NCBI RefSeq assembly: GCF_030684315.1
Contig: NC_081391.1
Span: 20,358,629-20,422,628 of the forward strand
Direction of reading: 5' to 3'
Length of the DNA: 64,000 nt
From: Stegostoma tigrinum
Taxonomy: Eukaryota
A program made the translations under genes and the position numbers. The notes below the pieces were generated by a model. The model was not told the origin of the DNA. It saw only the letters and a program-made list of their open reading frames with translations, and ran no database searches. Of the stretch, positions 56,605-64,000 are shown in pieces. Positions within the stretch are counted from its first letter, which is position 1; the number at the start of each line of letters is the position of its first letter.

Positions 56605-57387
56605 GTGGGATTTTAGAATCTCGTCAGTGCTGTAAATGGAGTTAATGTTTTAGAAACCTTCTCTATTCTCTCGGTGAATTTGCAAATAAAATCTCGGTAA
56701 TGAAGAAACACTTTTGTGTAATTGAATAACTGAATTTGTTCAGGTCAAAGATATTTAGGTGTATGGCAGGTGATTCTGTGACCTTTGACATTTTTGGATG
56801 TTAATCACCTCTGAGGTGGGGTTCAAATCTGACCAGGGATGCTGTCACGACACTACACACTTCTCTTTAACATGCTTTTGCAGTTCCTTATTTTAGTGGC
56901 TGCCAAACATCAGTGCTCTTTTTTCTTCCAAATTTGAGCTGAGAGTTTGCTGAAACTTTAAAAACCTGAAGAGATGGCTGTTGTATCATTGCAGTTTAAT
57001 ATTTGACAGTTTTGCATATCTACCATTCTTCTGTTTGACTAATATTTCTTTGGCAGTGAAATCTGCTCCCCTTACCTGATCTGGCCTACGTGTGACTCCA
57101 CAGCCTCAGCAATGCAGTTGGCTCTTATGCGAACTACCTTTGGCTGGCACTTGGTTAGAAAACATTTTTCCACAAGTTTTATACTGGGAGGTCTAATCTC
57201 ACATTTTACTTTCTGCCCTAAGCACTGGAAATTAACAGCTGACACAGCTCTGAGCTCATTACAAACAACTGTGCCCTACTGCCAAACATCAGGAAAGAAC
57301 TCATTATCCAAACAGCAGGTCTGTATGAAACTGAACAGCAATGGGAGTGATAGGATTCCGATAGAGGCATCCTGTCTGTTTCCCCAG

Positions 57388-57482
57388 CTTTTGTGCTCCT
57401 GAGATGTTGCTTGGCCTGCTGCGTCCATCCAGCTCCACACTTTGTTATCCTGCATTCTCCAGCATCTGCAGTTCCCATTATC
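57388..57482 (+). mobile_element. Short Penelope 3'-end insertion beginning at the predicted hammerhead cleavage site
   Basis: TSD TCTGTTTCCCCAG (57375-57387) and TCTGTTTTCCCAG (57483-57495). The insert reads (AG)CTTTTGTGCTCCTGAG...CCCATTATC. Confidence 0.8.
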
Positions 57483-60400
57483 TCTGTTTTCCCAGTGTGA
57501 CTGGTTCATTTGCAGATTTGCTGCAGGCTATCTCGTGCAGGGTACTATCCTCAACTGCTGTGAGCAGTGTCAGTGTCCCTGACCTCTTCTGGGCCAGATG
57601 AGAGATGCTTCAAACCTTCAGATGTCGTTTAATTCAACATCATGGACAGGGAGAAATATTCATTTACAAACTCGTCAAACCCTAAGGTGAATTGGGGAGC
57701 TCTGACCTGGAGGACTGATGCTCTCAGTTTGAGAACAGTCAAAGCAAATAAAATCAATTTCACCAATGACGAGTATCCATGACATAATTAGGAAAAATGC
57801 ATGCACGTACAATAGGAAGTTACTGTTGGACATGGGTTGGGAATTGGGAAGGGGGAAGGTGGCAGACAGAATGGCTGCCAACTTTGATTGACAAAATTTG
57901 ACTCTCACTCCCAGGGATCTCCACATGGGCTTCAGTTTCACATTGACAGATTGACGTAGAGGAAGGACTCGAGAGATATATGTCCAAATTTCCTGACAAA
58001 ACAAAGTTAAGCGACAAAGTGGATGGTGTGGATGGGACCTGCAAGTTTGCAACAAGCCATTGTTGAAATGAATGAGCAAACAGCAGCAGGCAGGGCTCAA
58101 TGTGAGGAAGGGTGAGGCCATACACTTTGGAACAAGAAAGAGAAATTAGCTAAACTGTGACATTCGGGGAACAGAATCGGTGGTGACCAGAAGGTTATGT
58201 GATCCATCTCCAGAAATTCAAAGAGCTTGTGGACAGGCACAGAATTGTCAGAAATACAAAGAGATAGACATTCGGGCCATAGACATCAGGTCTGTGCTGA
58301 CCTATCTACATTCATCTCACTTTCTAGCACTTCAACTACAGCTTTGAGTGTAATGACACTTCAGGTTTTGAGGTTTCCCATCTCGACGACCCTCCACAAC
58401 GGTGCATTCCAGATTCCCATCACACCATCTGGGTGAAAAATATTTTTGGCAAATCCCCTCTAAACCTACTGCTCTTCACCTTAAAATGATGCCTCCACGT
58501 TATTGATCTGACAGTTCTGCTACCATTTATTAAATGCCAGTGAGTGCATATCTATGATACTGTATTCAGGTCTCGATCTATGAGTCTGTGAGGGAATGCA
58601 GCACAGGATGACAACAGGTCGAAAGGGTTAAACAATGAAGGCAATTTGCATTGAAGATGAAATTCAGGTATTTTGACAGCTCCTTCCAAAGCCACATCCA
58701 CTTCCATCTGGTCGGACAAGGGCAGTAGATACGTGGGAACACCACCCCCTGCAGGTTCCCCTCCAAGCCATCCACCATCCTGGCTTGGAAATATATTACC
58801 GTCCCTTCAGTGTTACTGCAGTGTTAAATCAGTCAGATTTCTGGAATTCTCTCCTTAGGGGCAATCTGAGTCTATCTGCACCAGATGGACATTGCAACGG
58901 TTCACGAAGGCAACTCACCACCACCTTCTCAAGAGGAAACTAGGGATGCGCAATAAATACACGCCCCGCCAGTGATGCCAACATCCCAAAACAACATTTT
59001 TTAAAACCTCAAGTTCCTGTGAGTGCAGAAGAACATGGAATAATTGTTATTAAGATTTGAAGCTGATTAATTGATTTGATAGAGTCAACGAGAGAAAAAC
59101 GATGTTCTCGGGTGGGATATTTTCGGACAAGAGGAAGTCAGTGTAGACAGCAGCATGACCTAAAGGTTAGAGCTCATCCATTAGGGACGGTGCTCCTCAC
59201 ACACCCAATACTGGAAATCTAAACCTTGCTCTGCCAAAACCTTGGAAATACATTGAACATTCAAATCAGAGATTCTTGGCTGTTGTTAAGTAACCCATTT
59301 ATTTTTTACTCGGCGATGGCCTCGTGGTATGATTGTGGACTGTTAATCCAGAGACCCAGATCATGTTCTGGGGACCCTGGTTCAAATCCCACCACGGTAA
59401 ATGATGGAATTTGATATCAATAAATATCTGGAGTTGAAGAATCTAACGACGACCATGAGTCCATTGTCAATTGTCGGTAAAATCCATCTGGTCCTCTAAT
59501 GTCCTTTAGGGAAGGAAACCGCCATTTGCCATACTGCCAAATGGCCAACATGAGACTCCAAACCCACAGCAATGTGGTTCACCCGTATCTGCCCTCTGGG
59601 CAATTAGGGATGGGCAATAAATGCTGCCTAGTCAGCAATGCCCTCATCCCGTCCACAAATTTTAAAAAGTAGATACGTGAATGGATAGTTAAAGTGATGT
59701 GCAAACAAAGCAAGATTGAAGTGGGAAAAAAAAACATTTTTACACAGAATGTAGTGAGTATGTGCAATGTGCTGCCTGGAGACGTGGGGAAGGCAGGTAC
59801 AATTGAAGCTTTGAAGAGAGCATTGGGTTTTCTTTTGGGATCGTGGTGATGTGCAGGGACATGTCAAGAGATTAGCACAATGGATCTGGTGCAGCACAAT
59901 TGACCAAATGGCCTCCTACGGGACAAGGGCAGTCATGGACTGGACCAGCATTTATTGTACATTGCTAGATTCCCCTGAGAAGGTGGGGTTCAGCTGCCTT
60001 CATGAACCACTGCAGTCCATATTGACCCCGATGGCCTTAGAGAGGGAATTCCAGGATTTCCACCCAGAGACACTGAAGGCACGCCAATATTTTTCCAAGT
60101 CAGGATGGTGAGTGGCTCGGAGGGGAGCTTGAAGTTGGTGGTGTTCTCATGTGTCTGCTGCCCTTGTCTGTCTGGATGGAAATGGTCATCTGCTTGGAAG
60201 GTGCAATCTGAGGATCTTTGGTGAATTTGTGATGGGAGTCTATGATTCTGCTTTATGGAAGAAGGTTGTTCATATGGAACTGAAAAGCAGACCAGCCAAG
60301 ATCTAATTAAATACTGAAATACGTTTGAGGGTCTGAATGGTCTCCTCCTGTTCCCATGGCCCAAACTGTTGAAACCTGCTGGTTTCCCACTACTCCGATT

Positions 60401-60611
60401 GGCTCTGCTTTGTACATAGCTCCCCCCAGCACCTCTCCCTAATTAATGCCTGTATTCATGGGAGGCTGCTGATTGGAAATCCCTAATAGCCAAGCACTAT
60501 TGGTGATAACTTCCTGTTGGAATGCAGATTCCCATTCACATAAATACTAGAGCTCATGGGAGGTGGGGTTAGGCTGTTGTTTGAGTTTGCTTTTTGTAAG
60601 TAGGTGTGAAG

Positions 60612-60713
60612 ATGGTTTCCCAAGTGTGTCAGAACTACCACAAGGACTGTGAGGATGCTGTTAACAAGCAGATCAACCTGGAGCTCTATTCCTCCTATGT
60701 TTACCTCTCCATG
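60612..60713 (+). pseudogene. Extra upstream ferritin exon 1 with its own promoter
   Basis: Intact [34 protein letters not shown] with GTGAG donor; CATAAATA at 60539-60546. Confidence 0.88.
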
Positions 60714-61002
60714 GTGAGCTTTGTGGAATTGAAGCTTGTGCTATGATAGTGTTGACCATCCAGACCTGGCTCTCATCTCCACCTCTGATCAGCTCTGCTT
60801 AACACACCCTCCCCCTCTCTCTCATTGGTGCCTGTATGCAGGGGTTGTTCCTGATTGGCCACCAGCAACTGTCAGTCATCATCAGTTCTGCCTCTCTCTG
60901 TGTGACTGCAGGATGGTCCCAGGACTATAAATACAAGAGCCTGTGGGAGAGAGAGACTTAGTTCTAGAGTTTTCTTGGTGCTTGTGAGCAGGAATAGTGA
61001 AG

Positions 61003-63155
61003 ATGGTTTCCCAAGTGTGTCAGAACTACCACAAGGACTGTGAGGATGCTGTTAACAAACAGATCAACCTGGAGCTCTATTCCTCCTATGTTTACCTCTC
61101 CATGGTGAGTGCTGTATCTTTTGGGTACTTTTTTCAAAATTAGTAATAATTCACTATATGCTGAGCAAATAGTTCTAGTGTTAATGATCTGTAATTTTAA
61201 GATTTAATTCTAACTGCTGCCTCCCCTGCCAAGTACATCTTGATATAAGTCTGTGTTGTCTAATTTGTGACTGTCATGTTCTTTAAAATGGCTAAATTTG
61301 TGGGTTGGACAACAAGAATTATTCTATTCCATAGAAGCAATCTAATTCCTTACTTTAATGGTAAAACTGAATGTTGAGGTGAGAAACTGGCTGATCAATC
61401 TTGTTTTCACTGCCCCCAAAACTGACCAGATCTTCCTTACCTGAACTGACATTACTAATCCATGTGAAGAGTCAATGTTAGGCTGTTCAGATGGTTCTTC
61501 TGCACCCCTTCCCTGACTAGTGAGGGAAGCAAGTCTTTGTGGCATTAAGTAGAGTCAGTGGAATGCTAAGCAAAAAATTACTGCTGTGTCTGGACTGTTA
61601 CCATCTCATGTTTCTTAACATGATCCCCCAAATCCAAGGATGGGGTTTGCATGTGGTCAGACATGACTAGATTTCAAACTAGCTGAGGCCAATATATTTG
61701 ACTAAAATTCCAAGTCTCTAACTTGAAGCCAGGTAGAGAAGGAGTAACCAAGCCCTTGGCTTTTAGAATGTCTGGGTCTACTTTAATTGAATTCTGTCCA
61801 ATCCTCCTTCCACAGTTCTTTCTTTGACTGGGATGATGTTGCCCTGCATTACTTTGCTCAGTTCTTCAAGGAGCAGTCCCATGAGGAACGGGAACATGCT
61901 GAGAAACTGGCATTCCAGAATAAACGTGGAGGCTGAATCCTCCTGCAGGACATCAAGGTTGGACTTTTAACCCCTGTTTAATTTTCAAGGGGAAAGCTTG
62001 AGGGTTTACTTTGCAAGAAGCCTGTGCATTTTGATCAGCCTGTATCTTTGACTCTGCACCTGCTCAAGTGCATGGGCTGAAATGTTTTTGTTGGCTTTTT
62101 GTAATCCAGTGGAGCTTGTGGAATGATCAGAAACAATTGATTGAGATGAGCACTCCTTTGTATGACATGTACTTGACTTAAATTCATGGTTTTAGGACAC
62201 CTGCTGGGTTTTTAACCAAGGTTTCCATCCACATGGATAGGGTGGTGTTTAGGAATTTAATTGAATTCTAAAATGCTCAAATAGCAAAGGAATTTGACCC
62301 TTCATTGGACTGTAGTGCCTAGTGATATTTCACTATCATCCTGGTGGTCTTCAATGATTGACCATTGGAAACATCCAGGCTGGAGTCACTTAGGGGAATG
62401 CAACATGCTGTGTGGCATTTCCTTATTGGCACCTGCGACTGACTAGGAAGTAGAATAGTCTAGTAACTCTCTCTGACACCAGCAATTCCCCATCTGGATG
62501 GGGAAGCGACTGACTTCAAACGCTACATCAGGCACTTAAGCTCCCAGCACGAACATCACATGTGCCTTTTGCACTTTGATTCTGAATGTTTCTTATGTTA
62601 AGATGTGGCAGGTTATGCCCCTCTCAGCCACCGTCAACATTTGAATAGAACAATCTGCAACACCTCGATCAGGCCTTTGTAGCCTCAAAAGGCACTGCCT
62701 TCAGTTCTAGTACAAAAGCCCATAGCAGCTTCTGACGAACTAAACCCTTCTTCCAGAATCCAGAGCAGGATGAGTGGGGCAATGCAGAGAGCTCTGCAGA
62801 TGGAGAAGGATGTGAGCCAGAGTCTGCTGGATCTGCACAAACTCGACTCTGGCCACACGGACCCTCATGTGAGTACTTCACTTTTTTGTCTGAAGGTGAT
62901 AAGGCATTGGTTCTTCAGGTTAAATGTACCTATTCACCTAGCACTGAGCATTTGAAGTACAAAGCTGCTTTCTGCTCAGTGAGCTACTCGTTGCTTTGCT
63001 TTCTCCAGCTGTGTGACTTCCTGGAGAGGCACTACCTGGATGAGCAAGTGAAGATGATCAAGAAGCTGGGAGATCACATCACCAACCTGAAGAGACTGGG
63101 AGCCCCTGCCAATGGCATGGGAGAGTACCTGTTTGACAGGCTCTCACTCAGCTGA
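61003..63155 (+). pseudogene. Ferritin pseudogene G (A-type introns, plus strand)
   Basis: Exon 1 61003-61104 is intact (TATA 60926-60933). Exon 2 61816-61957 has a 2-nt frameshift, a 3-nt deletion and CGA-to-TGA at 61934-61936. Exon 3 62757-62868 has a 14-nt deletion. Exon 4 63009-63155 is intact; AATAAA at 63212-63217. Confidence 0.93.
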
Positions 63156-64000
63156 ATGGGATTTCACAATCACTTGGTCCTTGCATTCTCTTTTGCTTGT
63201 ACTGAATATGAAATAAAAATCATTGAACCAAAGCTGTCTAGCTTTCTGTAATTCTTCAGCCTAAAGCCTATCCAATATCTTCCTAAGATTGTTTTGTCCA
63301 TTCCCAACAACTTGGATGTGGTTTGCTGACCTTGGACCAGCTGGATAATGTCAACAGGGATGAGTGTCCGAAGATACTTGGATTCAGTGAGTGGACAAGC
63401 ATTTAGCTATGTATGGGGCAATTGCCCCCTTTTTGCAGCAGTGCAAGCAACAAAGTGCAGTCTCACCAAAATAGTGAGACTGCAGACCCTGTTGGAGCAG
63501 TACTGATAAATATGGACCTCAACTCTCAAAGCCAGAGGTCAATAGCACTTACGGTGTCTATTTACTTTTTGAGGAAAGCTTGACTCATCCCTCTGTTCAG
63601 AGGCTTCAAGTGAGTCTTTCCACACTTGAAGCATGTATTTAGGCTTTTTTCCTCAGCAAGTGACTTCCCTTACACTACATCTTGCAGGAAGCAAGTCTTT
63701 TTTTATTTGAAAGGCAAAGACCACTTATATCACTCACTTGTGCCTTAATTTAAAAAGATAACAGCTTCTACTCTGCAAGTCTGTTGTTAGAAGGTCAGAG
63801 GGTGGGGGTTTTTTCAACTACTGGTTAAATCTGGAGCTAGTAGGAAAGGGGAGAGATGTCCTGGTTTGTCTCAAGGTCTGTCCTTGCTCCAGTGGTAGTT
63901 AATTCATTCACTTTGGTTATCGCCACTTTTCCATGTTTCCTGATGAGGTGAGCCAGTACATCCTGATGCCAGCGCAACAGAATTGTCATACTGTAGAAGA

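Larger units (their letters stand above)
56554..63155 (+). repeat. Inverted duplicate of ~36253-42670
   Basis: Reverse-complement collinearity: E-type 3' flank, short PLE, CR1, LINE tail, DeuSINE, A2-type promoter and exon 1, A-type introns. Confidence 0.9.

Noticed and set aside
63940-63970. CTGATGAG as another hammerhead core
   Set aside because: No stem II followed by GAAA downstream.

Overview
Vertebrate genomic DNA, most likely from a cartilaginous fish (inferred from HE1/V-SINE-like and DeuSINE-like SINEs, CR1 LINEs and Penelope-like elements). The window is a tandem array of 4-exon ferritin genes (heavy/middle-subunit type, 173 aa, coding exons of 102/147/126/147 nt, all introns phase 0). 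Five copies have intact ORFs and splice sites (all minus strand: 4394-6580, 17450-19683, 22424-24558, 36253-38441, 42620-45428). The rest are pseudogenes, truncated copies or orphan exons, including an inverted plus-strand block at about 56.5-63.2 kb. The array was built by segmental duplications whose breakpoints fall inside exons, producing promoter, intron and 3'-flank mosaics. Main points of interest: (1) every copy has a TATA box 66-70 nt from the ATG and a very short predicted 5' UTR with no iron-responsive element (IRE), although an apparent IRE relic remains; the promoters carry CCAAT arrays and NF-kB-like sites. (2) The Penelope-like elements carry minimal hammerhead ribozyme motifs, three insertions have 13-bp target-site duplications (TSDs), and one ~100-bp insert starts at the predicted ribozyme cleavage site. 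(3) One diverged ferritin subfamily has lost exon 2 while exons 1, 3 and 4 stay open in two copies. Exon and TSD coordinates were read by hand; transposon boundaries are approximate, and family names come from motif recognition, not database searches.
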